A DNA stretch of 64,000 nucleotides from Rhina ancylostomus (Eukaryota), in the NCBI GenBank assembly GCA_030265395.1, contig JARFYF010000050.1, forward strand, positions 19,182,044-19,246,043. The letters run 5' to 3'. Each line of letters starts with the position of its first letter. The first letter of the stretch is position 1. Positions 13,379-26,479 of this stretch are shown here, piece by piece. A model generated the notes under the pieces. That model saw only the letters and a list, made by a program, of their open reading frames with translations, was not told where the DNA came from and made no database searches. A program made the position numbers and the translations under genes.

Positions 13379-14596
13379 CATAAGAACATAAGAAATAGGA
13401 GCAGGAGTAGGTCATCTGGCCCCATCCAGCCTACTTTGCTATTCAATAAGATCATGGTTGACCTGTCTGTGGACTCAGCTCCTTTTCCCCATAACCTTTA
13501 ATTCCCCTACTGTGCAAAAATCTATCTAACTGTGTCTTAATTCGATTTAATGAGGTAGCTTCCCCTACTTGCCTGAGTAGAGAATTCCACAGATTCACTA
13601 CTCTCTGGGAAAAGCAGTTTCTCATCTCCGTCCTAAATCTATTCCCCCAAATCTTGAGGCTATGTCCCCGATTCTAGTCTCACCTACCTGTGGAAACATC
13701 CTTCCTGCCTCTATCTTGTCTATCCCTTTCATAATTTTATATGTTTCTATAAGATCCCCTCTCATTCTTTTGAATTCCAGTGAGTATAGTCCCAGGCGAC
13801 TCAATGCCTCCTCATAGACCGACCCCCTCATCTCCGGAATCAACCTCCTCTGCATCGCCTCCAAGGCCAATATATCTTTTCTCAAGTAAGGAGACCAGAA
13901 CTGCATGCAGTACTCCAGGTGCAGCCTCACTAGTACCCTGCACAGTTGCAGCATAACCTCCCTGCTCTTAAATTCAATCCCTCCAGCAATGAAGGCCAAC
14001 ATTCCATTTGCCTTCTCGATAACCTGTTGCACCTGCAAACCAACCCTTTGCGATTCATGCACAAGCACTCCCAAGTCCCTCTGCACAACAGCATGCTTCA
14101 ATCTTTCACGATTTAAATAATAATCTGATCTATTTTTTCTTCCAAAGTGGATGACCTCGCATTTACCAACATTGTACTCTATCTGCCAGACCTTTGCCCA
14201 CTCGCTTAACCTGTCTATATCTCTCTGCACAAATTGCTTTTCCACTCAATTTTGTGTGATTAGCAAACTTAGATACATTACACTCGGTCCCCTCTTCCAA
14301 ATCGTTAATGTATATCGTGAACAGTTGCGGGCCCAGCACTGACCCCTGCGGCACCCCGCTCACCACTGACTGCCAACCAGAGAAACACCTATTTCCCAAC
14401 TCTCTGCCTTCTATTGGTTAACCAATCCTCTATCCATGCTAATACATTGCCCCCAACTCCATGCATCCTGATCTTATGGATAAGTCTTTTATGCAGCACA
14501 TAATTGAATGCCTTCTGTAAATCCAAGTACACAACATCCACCTGTTTCCCTCTATCCACTGCCCTCACTATATCCTCAAAGAGCTCCAGCAAGTTT
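13379..14596 (-). mobile_element. 5'-truncated CR1 LINE with frameshifted reverse transcriptase
   Basis: VDVVYLDLQKAF, SGVPQGSVLGPQLFTIYINDL, FANH (FADD mutated), VRLHLEYCMQFWSP, RGDLIETYKI, terminal (cataagaa)n. Confidence 0.97.
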
Positions 14597-15247
14597 TCCT
14601 GCCCTTCCTGAATCCATGATGATCTGCTGAACCTGGTGAACTTCCATGCTGAACTTGGAACATGCAGAATTGGGACCACGTTGTTTGACCCTCCCTGGTC
14701 TTACTGGCACAGCACTAAGGCCAGGGCACTTACCAAGTACATAACGTACTTACCTTCATCCTTGGATCGCGCCACCTATGCTGAACCAACCCTCATCACC
14801 CCTCAATATCCAGCCTGACTCCCTGATCTGTGTGCCTGCTGTCCTCACAATCTCACCCATTGAAAATGCCAGCCCCCACCCCTTCTCATTCCAATGTGTT
14901 TCTCGTGCCACAAATCCTCAATCCCAGTACCAACTGCTCATCACCCTCTCCTGATCTCCTCTACCTGAACCAAATAGAGGGCTCCCATTCACATATTCCC
15001 CCACATTAACCTGGCCAAAGCACCCCGGGTTGGACCCGTGGTTGCCAACTTCCTGAGCCTGGCCTGGGGATGGGACATTTTCAACTTTGAATATATGCAG
15101 TGCTCACACTGAGGCATCGGTGCCCAGCTGACCCAAACGTTTCCAGTGAAGGAACAACTAAAACTGTTGGCATCGCACTGATGAGAGCCACCAGCACACA
15201 CGAAAGGGAAAAATGGAATTTCTAACCATGTATCCACGTGGGTCACT

Positions 15248-15560
15248 GAGACAAAGATTGGTGAAATAGTAAGTAGAATAAATGGGAAATAGATTACAGA
15301 AATATTAATAAATTAAATCACTGGACAAAATGGGGCAGATACATAGGTAGGTGTGAAGTTATCCGTTGAATAACAAAGGATAAGTCTGAGTATTTTTTAA
15401 ATGGTTTAAAGCAAGGCACAGAGAGACTTAAGGGTGCACTGGTCACTTGCTGTAATGGTCAAATATTAAAGAAAACCCAAAAGGCTTATGTTAGTTTTTA
15501 TAAGCAGAACAGTAATACTTTAAGACTTCAATACAATATAGATTGGAGGGGGAATAGAGG
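15248..15560 (+). mobile_element. Old CR1 fragment
   Basis: acaaagattggtgaa (TKIG), ttacagaaatattaataaatta (LQxDIDRL-like), gtgtgaagttatcc (CEVI). Confidence 0.6.
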
Positions 15561-15661
15561 CNNNNNNNNNNNNNNNNNNNNNNNNNNNNNNNNNNNNNNN
15601 NNNNNNNNNNNNNNNNNNNNNNNNNNNNNNNNNNNNNNNNNNNNNNNNNNNNNNNNNNNNN

Positions 15662-15738
15662 ATGCTGCAATCTTTCACCATTTAAATAATAATCTGATCT
15701 TCTATTTTTCCTTCCAAAGTGGATGACCTTGCATTTAC
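15662..15738 (-). mobile_element. CR1 fragment abutting an assembly gap
   Basis: KCKVIHFGRKNRRSDYYLNGERLQH; closely similar to ~14092-14167. Confidence 0.9.
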
Positions 15739-15825
15739 TCAAACATAGAACATTTTGCATCAGTGAGTGATAATGGTATACTTACACTTAACAATGAAGT
15801 TCCTTCCCAATCTTGCAGTGACATA

Positions 15826-15942
15826 TTGGTGTTGGTATTGGTTTATTATTGTCACTTGTACCAAGGTACAGTGAAAAACTTGTTTTGCATACCGATCATA
15901 CAGGTCACACAGTGCAGTTACATTGAGTTAGTACAGAGTGCA
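15826..15942 (-). mobile_element. Rex1/Babar LINE 3' tail
   Basis: ttggtttattattgtcacttgtaccaaggtacagtgaaaa is nearly the reverse complement of the tail at ~41235-41277. Confidence 0.85.
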
Positions 15943-16224
15943 TATATACAGATTCAATGGTTCAAATGGCTTCCTTCTATGTTGTAACCATTCTATTAAC
16001 AAATTTTAATGCCTGAAATTGGGCACATGTGAGTCAGATGGAAAAGTGAAATTTCAAATTCCACCCTAATCCGGCCACTTCTGGATTTAACAGGGATGTG
16101 ATGAGGGACAACAACTCTGGATGCATCTTGGCTGCAGCCTTCACTTTAACATTGCTTCTAGGCCTTAGGAACCTGACAGTAGAAATTGCAAGAAGGCTGA
16201 ATCCATAATACAAAAGCTTTTTAT

Positions 16225-16900
16225 GCACTACTTTGGGTCCTCCATTCTCAATCCACTAAACTACCCAAGAACATTCTCTATCCCACAAATCTTTGCCCAC
16301 CCCCTCCCCATTTCCCCCTCAGTCATCCTCAGACCCACCAACTGCCTGGAACTAACTCCTAATCATTGGATCCTCTGGCTTTGCCAGGACCACCATTGGG
16401 TTCCCCTGGTTTCATTCCTTCTTCCACACCACTTACTCACCCTGTCCCTTTCAGGGAAAACCATCATATCCTATGAAAACTGCTTCTCCAGCCACAACTC
16501 TCCATAGTCTGAAGCACCCAGCCATCATTTCCCTCAGCTAGCGATAGACTCCAAGCTTCATTTGCTGCATCCACCATTGCGTATCTGGAGATCACAAATG
16601 GGCATTGGACGCGATTCTGTTTTTCATGGCCAATAGCCTCTTGCTCAACTCCTTGCCCTTCCAAAACCTCATTGACCTGCAACCTGCAACACATCCCCCA
16701 TACTTCTGATTTCATCCGTAGTCTCTTACCCGATCTCCATGGTACACCCCACCAATCCCCCACCAACAGTCTTTCTCCTTCCTTGATCACTCAGGATCCT
16801 ACCATCAATGTCCCTCCCTCACACCCCATCTGCCAGACCCTGACTCTCCCTCCCTCTTCTCTGCCTCACCTCTGCATCCCAGATGTCCCAGATTTACCTG
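16225..16900 (+). mobile_element. Possible highly decayed Penelope-like RT coding remnant
   Basis: C-rich strand with faint motifs in the expected order (cactactttggg HYFG; tccttccttgat SFLD; tcacacccc SHP; ctcacctctgcatc similar to LRRIC). Weak. Confidence 0.35.
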
Positions 16901-17781
16901 CCATAAGCCCGCTTGCCTCTCAGTCTAACTGGACGTGGTTGGGAAACCAGTTCCAAAATTGGTAATCTGCTCATGCTGTTACATTTGCATGACTTGCTGA
17001 AAGCTTGTAATTTTAATTCTTGCTAAATTCTGCTTTCCCCTGGATTTCCCATAAATATTGTGGCCATTTCATGCCCAAAACTTACCTGTTAGATTTACTC
17101 AAAGTGGAATTTGCCATATATGTCATCATCATACATTCAAGACATTTCTAAACTCTGACAACTTAATCCCTCCTTGCTTTGTATGCTCACCGTAACACTG
17201 GCTTGGATGTGACATGCCCATTGACCTATAGCAGGCTTGAATTTCTTTGGATTCCCTGTGTACACAGGTGCATGATGTGCACCTGTGTGTGACTCTATGT
17301 ATATGGCTGCTATAATCTTCCTAAATGAAATCAGATATTTCTTGTCAAAGGTTAATCATGATAAGTTGGAGGGGGTGACATACTTTGTTTCATTTTATCA
17401 CTGTTGTCCTTACAGAACTAATAATTTGTTGGCTGGAGGATCCAAATGGACTAAATTCAGCAAGGTGTTTTGAATAGGTAAACATTTAAATCTGTGTTCT
17501 ATTGTCCATAGGAATCACTGTGTTTTAGTGTGTGCAGTGTTCAGCCAGCTGGCTCAATGTTATTGAAAGCCTGGACCATTTGTTTGCTCCAGGAATCCAT
17601 GGCACTGCATTGCTCCAAATCCAACTGTAGTTGATAAATTGACATTCCAGATTCTGCTTTTTCTGAATTGAAGCACATAAGAAATTGTTCTTTCTAAATG
17701 CCAAATGTGGCAAGCACATGTGCATTAACCTCTTCTCAGTGAGTGTAAGACTTGCTGCCAGGTTCTCAGTTCCATTATTTG

Positions 17782-18215
17782 CCAGCCAAGGCTCAGTTGC
17801 TAGCACACTCACTTTTGAGTTAGAAGGTTGCTGTCCAAGCCCCAAAGGTTTGACCACAACATCCAGGCTGAGACTCCAATTCAGTAAAGATGCTGCTTCA
17901 TTGGAGGTGCTGTTTTTGGATAAAAATTCAAAGTGAAGCCCTTTTGGAACTGCAGGTGTTTGTAAGAGATGCTATGGCACTATTTTGAAAAGAAGTGGCA
18001 GAGTAACTCTGTTGTCTGAACTAATATTTATCTTTTGCATAATCAGTTTCCGTGTTAATATTTGGTTCTTAACACATTGCTCTTTGTTGAATATTGCTGT
18101 GTGAAGGTTAGCTGTGCACTTCCTACATTACTATGGTAACTACAATTTCAAAAGTATTTAATTGGTTTTAAAGCATTTTGGGATAAAGTTGGCTATATAA
18201 AATTATATGTTAGTC
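17782..18215 (+). mobile_element. Near full-length Deu-domain tRNA SINE (SacSINE1-like)
   Basis: tRNA head ggctcagttgctagcac..gagttagaaggttg; Deu core caggtg..gtaagagatgctatggcactattttgaaaagaag; tail ttcaaaagtatttaattgg..aaagcattttggga..ctatataaa. Confidence 0.85.
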
Positions 18216-18379
18216 TTCTGTTTTTCTATCTGCATACCAGTCTATGGTAACATAATCTAAAGACAAGGGTCCAACATTTTGTATTTCTCTGCCATGTCTC
18301 TCAAACTCTACTATTGTCACTGATTTCAGACACCCAAATACTGTCTCAGGGTGAAGCAGCTAGTTTGCAACTTTGGTGG

Positions 18380-18780
18380 CCAACTTAACCCTAAACTGAG
18401 CTTCTATCTCGACATCCCTATCACATGCTGCACTTGTTTCTGTCCTAGTTAATATCACCTGCCTCTACCATTCTTGCTGAAATCCTCATCTTGTCTTAGC
18501 GATTAGCTGACAATGACTATTCAAAATGTCTCCTAACCAACCTGGAACCGTCCATACTTAGTAAACTAATTTACTGAAAACTCTGCTGCCCAAATGGTGT
18601 TCTGTACCATTCACCTACAGCTACCAATTTTTCTCAGCTCCTTGGGGTTCTAGCTGTCTAATCCCTTGTTTTTGATAACTTCCAGCCTCTCCCACCTTGA
18701 ATTTCCCTTTGCAAACTTCATAATTTTGATTCTGGCATTTTGTTTATCCTCTTAATTTGCCCACCATTCATGGCTGGCAG
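18380..18780 (+). mobile_element. L2 LINE ORF2 C-terminal remnant
   Basis: aaccctaaactgagcttc (DPELSF-like), gctgaaatcctcatc (AEILI), gactattcaaaa (DYSN-like), aaactctgctgccc (NSAAR-like). Confidence 0.7.
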
Positions 18781-21124
18781 TCAGTATATATATTACGATT
18801 TAGGTTAAACAAGCTTCCTCTTCATTCACAATCACTAGTTCAGATTGGAACATTATCCTTTTACTCCTGGCACTTGGGTTAAAATCCACCTGAAACAAAA
18901 GAAGATGAAGCTTTGTGTACTTTGCTTGAGCATATGGAGAAGCAGTGTGCTGTTCTCCAACTTGTTATAAGCTCCAACACCAGTGGTTTCCTGTTCCTGA
19001 GGAATGATATGCAACGGTATATTAAAATGGTATTGTTTATTATTGAGGATCCAGATTCAAACTGTGGTTTAATAGTGGACCAGCTGTTAATAATCATACA
19101 TCGAATGAATCGAGCACCAATGGCCACAGTGAAACACTGTTCTCAGCATCTGTAGATAGAAACCAAAAACTGGGATAAACACACAGGCAAAGACAATGTT
19201 CTTCATACAAAAACAAAATAATGGTTCACATTGATGCTGGTTATTTTAAGTTCACTTGGACAGTTTCTGATTACAGGGTCTTGCGATTGGCCATCAATAA
19301 CTCCCAAATTAATGAACAACCTTTAATTACCATTTACTGGCGGTTTGTCAAATTTCATTTCATAAATCGCTTGTACTGCACTTTTCCAAATTAACTCAGC
19401 TGAGAGTCATTCTCTGACTGCTATCAAAGCCAGCAATTACGCATTTTACAGATTAATTTCTTGTCAAACACATGCCGATGAGTTTTATTCTCTCCTAGGA
19501 CACTTCAATCTATTAACTGCAGCTTTAGGCACACACAATTAAGTCCAGTTCCTATGCTGAGGGTCTCCAAAGCATGTCGCTGTGCACCAAAGCCACTCAG
19601 TCATAGAGTCACCATTTCCCAGGAGTTTTCCTTATGAACAGAAAAATCAATTAGAAAGTAACCTGGCTAAGCTGATTCTTCACTTATTAATGGCTCCACA
19701 TTTTTAACTGTTTACTGACCATTATTTGTCCTGCAATGTGCTGTGCTAATGTTATTCATGTATATTAGAGCACACTACACATGTTGCATTCACTGACTGG
19801 TTATTGACATTAAAATTAGAGCACAGTAATAATAAAATGACAGATTGTTACTTGTAGTTGAAGTCCTCAGCTAGGTTAATAACATGCCATTAACATCAGT
19901 TTGAACTGATGAAGACATGTCTCAATTAATAATTTCTTGCTCTCCCTGGATGAGTTAAATGGGCTGGATTATGCTGGAGCTGACCTGCCGCATGCGCTGT
20001 TCCTGTGGCTGCACTTACCATCTGTGGCTCTGTGATTCCAGTCAAGCCCAACACCTCACTGCCAATGGCACCAGGCCTCAGACTGCAGATACCAAGGTCC
20101 CGAAATGCTCAGATGGCCTACTGATATCTCATCATTGTCAAAGACTTCTGAGTTGTTTTAAATGTTGCTAATAATCTGATACATTAAACAAAACAGTTCA
20201 AATACTAAATCACAATTTAAAAAAATTGTAAAATACTTTTTATTTCTACTAGAAATTAACCATAAATAAAAATAAAGTAAAATAAACAAATTTCATAACT
20301 GCACTTGTCTAATGATCAAGGTCGGTAACCCCATCATTTGAATTTATGTCAGCAATAGGCAAGTGTATCTAACTCTACAGTTTAGGATCTTTGTGTTCCA
20401 CCCTCGGAGTTGGTGAAGAGTCCCGGTTGACTCTGACTTCTGTGTGCAATGCTTTATAAGTTCAAGTTGCAATGCTAGCATTGATGTGAATGAACATATT
20501 TAGACTACCCATCTTTAATTAGAATACCCTATAACTAGATATCTAAGGATAGATTAAACCAGGCCCCATTTCAAAAGAATCTCTGGCATCCAGTGGCCAA
20601 ATTGTCATCAAGCTGATTAGGAAGGCAATCTCAGCCAAGGAAAGAATTCTCTCAGCCAGGAATAAAGTGTAATTTCTAGCTGATATTCTAAATAGACAAC
20701 AAATAATTGAATATTATATAAGATTAAGATGGAAACAGAAATTTCATTAACATTTAAACAATAAAAACATTAAAGCGCATTATATTTTGAAATATTTATA
20801 CATGGAAATTATAGTCCACATCGATAGTCTTTCAGACTGTAACTTGTGGAGGAGCACTGAATCACTGACAGCAACTCTATGGTTTCCATGTTAAACTACA
20901 TATGTACAGAAGTCACCACGTTGCTGTCAGTTTCACAACTTAATGACAACAACACTAATAGATTTTCAAAATCCAGCCCTGGCCTATCTTATCCTTGGAT
21001 AGGTTTCACCAATAGTTTTCATTCAACCTACTACTGAATTGGTACTCTCAATGTGAGGGCTGAAAATCAGCTGACTTTTCATTACTGAGCCTTCTGCCGC
21101 TGCTCACTACCTCTTCTCAGCAAC

Positions 21125-21335
21125 TCTTCTTTCAGGTGGAAGTAAAAGATCCTAAACCAATGTTGGAGGAGGAATGGGGGAGCTCTTCAGCATCAGCTCT
21201 CAAATGTCACCAGCAAAACAGATGACCTGGTCAGTAACTTCACTGCTGATGTGGCTCCTCCATTTGCCTGCTCTTCAGACGGAATTCATTGACTGTGAAG
21301 TGGTTTGTACATCATCAGAACATGAAAGGCACACT
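21125..21335 (+). mobile_element. Deu-domain SINE fragment
   Basis: tcaggtggaagtaaaagatcc..aaaacagatgacctggtca..ttcattgactgtgaag..tgaaaggc. Confidence 0.7.
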
Positions 21336-22394
21336 GCTTTACCAGATTTTAATTTTAAAAGTTATTGGCATTTGGGTTTGTAAAATATGTTGGAACCATC
21401 AGTAAGTAGCAGGCTAAACAAATAGATTTATTTTGCATTTAAGGACAAGTTACTTTATGCCTCAAATCCTGTTGTTACTTTATATGGCAAGTATTGCATT
21501 AGAAGCATGCATAGTGTAGTTATCCATCTGAAAACAAAATAGCAGTGAAATTTAAAAGATGGTCAAAAAGATTAACATCTGAAATTAACCGTACTTTAGT
21601 GTTTGGGACACATATTATTTTTGGCAGAATTTGTAAAAGGAACATATCTGGTCAGCTAAGCCCCATCCTCCGAGTCAAGGCATCTACTCAGCTATTTACA
21701 TTTTGGACTGCTTGCAGTGATAATAGATTACACCTTCACAAATTGATGTTAACTGACCGACCTTTTCTGTTTTGTTTTCAGAACAATGGGAATGTCTATT
21801 AAAATCACAATCCTTTCAGCTATGTGCCTCGCATAAATAGCAATATCCTGATTGCCTGTGCGCAATAGAATCTGCATATGAGCAACAGCTTGCAGTACAC
21901 TCTATGAAGTATATAGAAAGCTGACCACTCAGCTGCTGTCAGATTGGTCAACACATGTTGGTCTGGCTTGGCTGCTTTATTGACTTTGGCATTCCCGGCT
22001 AACATGGTTCAAAACAGCAATTATGTATATCAATACTGGGCAGTGAAAGTTTAATCACAGATTTAAAACTACTTAACCTTAATAATATTATACCTAGGAA
22101 GACAATTGTTCCGACTATTGAGAAACAGATGGTCTGAATTTCTTGTGTATTAATAGACATGAGTATTAGAATTCTAAAATGCTGTAATATGATGTGGAAG
22201 TTCTAACAAGCCACAGCTCTGAGACGGCATCAAACTTAACTTAAGTTGTATTTAGAGAGCAACTTTCATGATCTCTGAATGTGCTAAAGCGGTTTACGGT
22301 GGATTAATTGCCAGCAGAAGCATTGACTCTGTTGTAATGTGGCAAGGGTGCACAAACAATACTGCATTAGTGGCCAGATAACTTGTTTCTCATC

Positions 22395-22632
22395 ATTGGT
22401 TGTAAGACAATTACTGGCCAGGACACCTGGGAGAACCCAATTATTTCTAGTGCCATGGGATATTCTGTGTCCACTTCAGAGGGTGTACTTGTCTTTGGTT
22501 TGACGTTTCCTCTAAAAGTCAGCACCTCTGGCATTGTAGCATTCCCCAGTCCTACACTGGAGATCCCCCTCCCCCCCAGGTTTAAAGTCTAAAAGGACTT
22601 GATTCCAGAACCTCCTGGCTCAGAGATGAGTG
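22395..22632 (-). mobile_element. Deu-domain SINE, 5' half
   Basis: tggccaggacacctgggagaac..tagtgccatgggat..tccac..cagcacctc..aacctcctggctcagag (reverse complement of head plus Deu core). Confidence 0.8.
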
Positions 22633-23024
22633 GTTGAAGATTTGAAGTGTTGATGGCAGAGCAAGGGAAAAGTTGTGCAGGAGCTGTGGGGAGGTGTGAT
22701 GATACTGTGGTTAGATTAGTTAAGTGAACCTCAAAGTCACTGGTACAAGTTATCAGATTATCTACATCCCATTTTCGGTCTCAGGACAAAACAAGGGGCA
22801 GAAGAGTCCCTCGCTCACTGAAGACAAAATAGATCCTAAGATAGAGTTCACCTTATCAAAATACCTGAGTATTTTACACTCACTATTGGTCATAAACAGC
22901 CATCTTATTATGTTATTTGATTTTTTTATTTTCCATTCTCTTTCACTATATTTCCTGCCATCACTGAGATCCTCGCTTTTTACTTCCTGTGTGACATTGT
23001 CCCTTGTCAATTCCACAGCTCCCA

Positions 23025-23480
23025 AAATGCATGCACTTATTGCCATTAAACCTGGCAATTCCAGTGCAGTACTGGATGGCCTTCCTTGTCTTCCCAAGGA
23101 CATCCTAATCCCTGCTGTCCTTGTCCTAGTTTACTCCAAACTTGTTCATTGCTAAACTTGTGCTTGCTGACCTACTGTGGCTCAATGTTCCAGTTTTAAA
23201 TACCTTTGTTTTTAAATTCCCTCCAATAGCTACTCACTTGTCTTCTAGCCCCATAGCTCTCCAATATATCTGTGTTCCTCCAGTTTTGGCTTCTTGATCA
23301 GCCTTCAGACTTAATAGCTTCACTATCATTGGCTGTACATTATCTGCCAGGGCTTTAAGCTTTGGAAATCCCTCCCTAAATCTCTTTGTCTTTCTAACCT
23401 CCCATTCATTTTTCAGTATACTCCTTAAAAACACCTTTGACCAAGATTTTGGTCAACTGCCAAGTTATCTCCTTATGTGG
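23025..23480 (+). mobile_element. L2 LINE 3' end
   Basis: gtgcttgctgacctactgtggctc (VLADLxWL), tggaaatccctccct (WxSLP), ctccttaaaa..ctttgaccaag (LLKT.LFDQ-like). Confidence 0.8.
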
Positions 23481-24478
23481 TTTTGGGATCTTTCTCTCTC
23501 CATGAACAAGGAACTTTTCTGAACTTTGTTTCATTCTATGACCATTAATAGGTTATCAGAATGTCTATATCCCACTTATACATTTGATAAATTGTAGCAC
23601 TGATTTAGTGTTCTACTTAATTAGATTAAGCCCACCAGAAACACCAACTCCTCCCTGCGGCCTCCACTTGCTCTGCAATCATATTTTTTGGATAACACTC
23701 TTGTGGTGAAGCTTTGGNNNNNNNNNNNNNTGTGCAGTGCTGTAGGAAAAGATTTTTTGTTAAGTTGCCACCCTATATTATTACCTCGAATTGAGAATTT
23801 GCTGCAGCTCTGATATGTGTAAATGCAAAAGCCAAATTATTTGATTAAGAAATACAGAAAATTAAAAGTAAATAGTAGCAGCAGGACATGAGCATAATTT
23901 TGTTTCCATACCTCATCCATCCTACTATCCAGGTGGGTGGACATGATGGGCTCTCATCTGCTGTGGCCATGGGAATTTAATTCCAAGGATGATAGATGAA
24001 TGAAGGTTGATGAGGCAGGATATAGGAACAAATGTGCTTTCCAAACTTTTATTTTAATTGCCTCGAAGGGAAGAATTTTAAGGATCTTTTCTGCCTTCCA
24101 TGATAGATTAGATATGTAAAAAGCATTTGTATTCCAAGTATCCTGTGCAATATGACAAATGTGTGGTCTGTTTTCAAAGAAGTAAGCCAAACTCAAGTGT
24201 ACTTGATTAAAATGAATACAATTTTGACATGCTACATGTCTGTTCAAACCAGACCCAGTCCAGAGTTTTCAACTGATGCCAGACAAACAAGCAGCTTAAC
24301 ACATAGAAGGCTAAATATTTTATCAAAGCATTTCGTAAGTATCCAGCATTGCCATGGCCTTTCAATTCAATGCTGGTCACTGATGCGCAAGAAAAGGCTT
24401 TGTCTCTCAGTCAGGCACTATGCTTATCTAAACAATGTGAATATCTGCCTCTTACATTACAGCACAACTGGAGTTAGG

Positions 24479-24510
24479 CCCTACTGACATCTCATGAGGT
24501 GTCAGTAGGG
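24479..24510. repeat. 32-bp near-perfect palindrome
   Basis: ccctactgacatctca|tgaggtgtcagtaggg; 15 of 16 Watson-Crick pairs plus one T.G pair. Confidence 0.95.
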
Positions 24511-25189
24511 AGCAACATCACCTATCAAGCAAGCACTTTGCAACACAACTGGATTTACACAAATGAATAGAGATGTCCCTGAGGCAATGAACATTCAAAA
24601 TGAATGCAGACGAAATACCAATGGTTGATACTTTTTTTGAAGTAAATCACAAAACTAATTTCTGTCTATTATACTTGGGTTGATTCAGTGTGTACTTTGG
24701 TAATCATAGAGTCCCGCTGTATCAGTTTAAGAGTTGCATTTTGTTTTAAATTATAGCTTTGGACTCTTGATGAAGCAGAGGTTCTGACATGTAAACAAGG
24801 AAGGATTATATAAAGAAATAATAGTATACTAAATCTCAAACTATGTCATTTAGAACAAAATAAGACAACCTACAATACAAATGTCAAAGTTCTTAGAAAA
24901 ATACAATAGAATACATTAAAGAGGATTTAAAATGAACCTTAAATATTCAGTATGACTGGACGTATTTTAAAAATCTTCACTATTTAGGTATTGATATAGC
25001 TACTGCATCAGCAGCCTACACAGTTCAGTGATCAGATCATTTCAGATACAGAAGATCATCATGGAATATGTTTATTAAATAGATGCCAATCAATTTTTCT
25101 TTTGAAAAGAAAGTTTGCTTTAATATCTGGTGTTGGTAGAATAGGTTGCAAGATGTGATGGGAAGTCATCGGTGCAGGAAAGAAATATT

Positions 25190-25240
25190 GTAGAAAACAG
25201 TAGATGCTGGAATGGGAAACAAAAACAGAACAAATCCTTG
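25190..25240 (-). mobile_element. Short Penelope-like terminal fragment
   Basis: gtagatgctggaatgggaaacaaaaacagaa resembles 49865-49896. Confidence 0.45.
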
Positions 25241-25349
25241 CTGAGGTTCTATCTAGTGCACTATATGAAAAGTCATTAAACACTGACTCCATTGTGAGTG
25301 ATAATGATATTTCTGTTAGAACAATCATTAACAATTAATTGATCAATAA

Positions 25350-25920
25350 AACAACACTTGTAATTATAGAGCTAGGAGCTTCAAAGGAGTGTTATCAAAA
25401 GATTGATGGTGGGACACATAAGGTATTAGGGGAGGTGAACATATTTGATGGAAGGGAAGTTTTAAGAGTGTCTTCAGGGAGAAGGAGTGGTATGGAGGTG
25501 TAAAGGGTTTAGGGAGGGAACTTAAGAACTTGGAGCCCAGGCAGCTGATTGCATTGTTGCCAATGTTAGAGTGATTAATATCAGGGATGCACTGATATCT
25601 CAGGACTGCAGTGCCGGAGGAAGTTGCAGCAATGGGAAGGGGAGAGACTGTGAAAGGATTGAAACCCAGGGTGAAAAAATGGAAGGTCAGAGGTCAAGGT
25701 AGGCCACCTAGCACAGGGATGCTGGGTAAATGGGTCTTGGTATGAGCTAGATGTTGCAGCTGAATTTTGGATGATTTTAATCTTATGTGAGATGGAAGAT
25801 AGGAGACTGGGCAGGAGAGTTGAAACACTCATGTCTGGAGGTTAAAAATGGCTTGAATAAGGATTATCAGGAACAGATAAGCTGAGTCAGACAATGTTAG
25901 CGATGTTACGGATTGGAAAA
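25350..25920 (-). mobile_element. L2 LINE 3' end
   Basis: Minus-strand translation HKIKIIQNSAA; ggtttagggagggaact..gcccaggcagctga is the antisense counterpart of the 23025-23480 family. Confidence 0.8.
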
Positions 25921-25959
25921 ATGTTCTTACTCTCTGGTATTATGCTATTGAGTCATACA

Positions 25960-26340
25960 GCTGCATTTAAGTAACACTTTCATGCTCTCAAGACATCCCA
26001 AGGTATTTAACAGCCAAGCATGAGGGAGTGTGATGCCCAATTTATCCACAGCAAGACCAAACCAGGAGAAATATGACGAAAGACTAATGTTTTTTAGACA
26101 TTGGTTGGACAACTATTGATCAGGACAGTTACAGCAAATTCACCTGCTCTTCTTCAAATGCAAACAAAGTATACTTAAAAAAGCTCCAACGTTTAATGTC
26201 TCATTCGAAAGACATCATCTCCAGCAATGCAGCATTCCCTCATCACAGCACTGAAGTGTCTGCCTAGATTACATGCTCAACTTTCTAGAATGACAATAGA
26301 TTCACAAGAGTCAGCAGTGACTCAGAGACTGGTGCCTCTG
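25960..26340 (-). mobile_element. Deu-domain SINE
   Basis: gcattta..gacatcccaag..acagccaa..cctgctcttcttcaaat..tttaatgtctcattcgaaagac..tgcagcattccctca..tgactcagag. Confidence 0.82.
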
Positions 26341-26479
26341 AGTTAAGAACAACTATTATGTGAAATCTAGCGAGTGTCAGGATGAACTTAAAAAATAATG
26401 CTCCTGTCAGAAAATAAATTTCCGGTACCTACTTTAGAAGCCACAGTAAGTTATATAAATGGAAGCAAAAGATTATAAA

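Noticed and set aside
13622-14245. Longest ORF (207 aa) as a functional gene
   Set aside because: It is a fragment of a truncated CR1 ORF2 with deletions, frameshifts and a mutated FADD motif.
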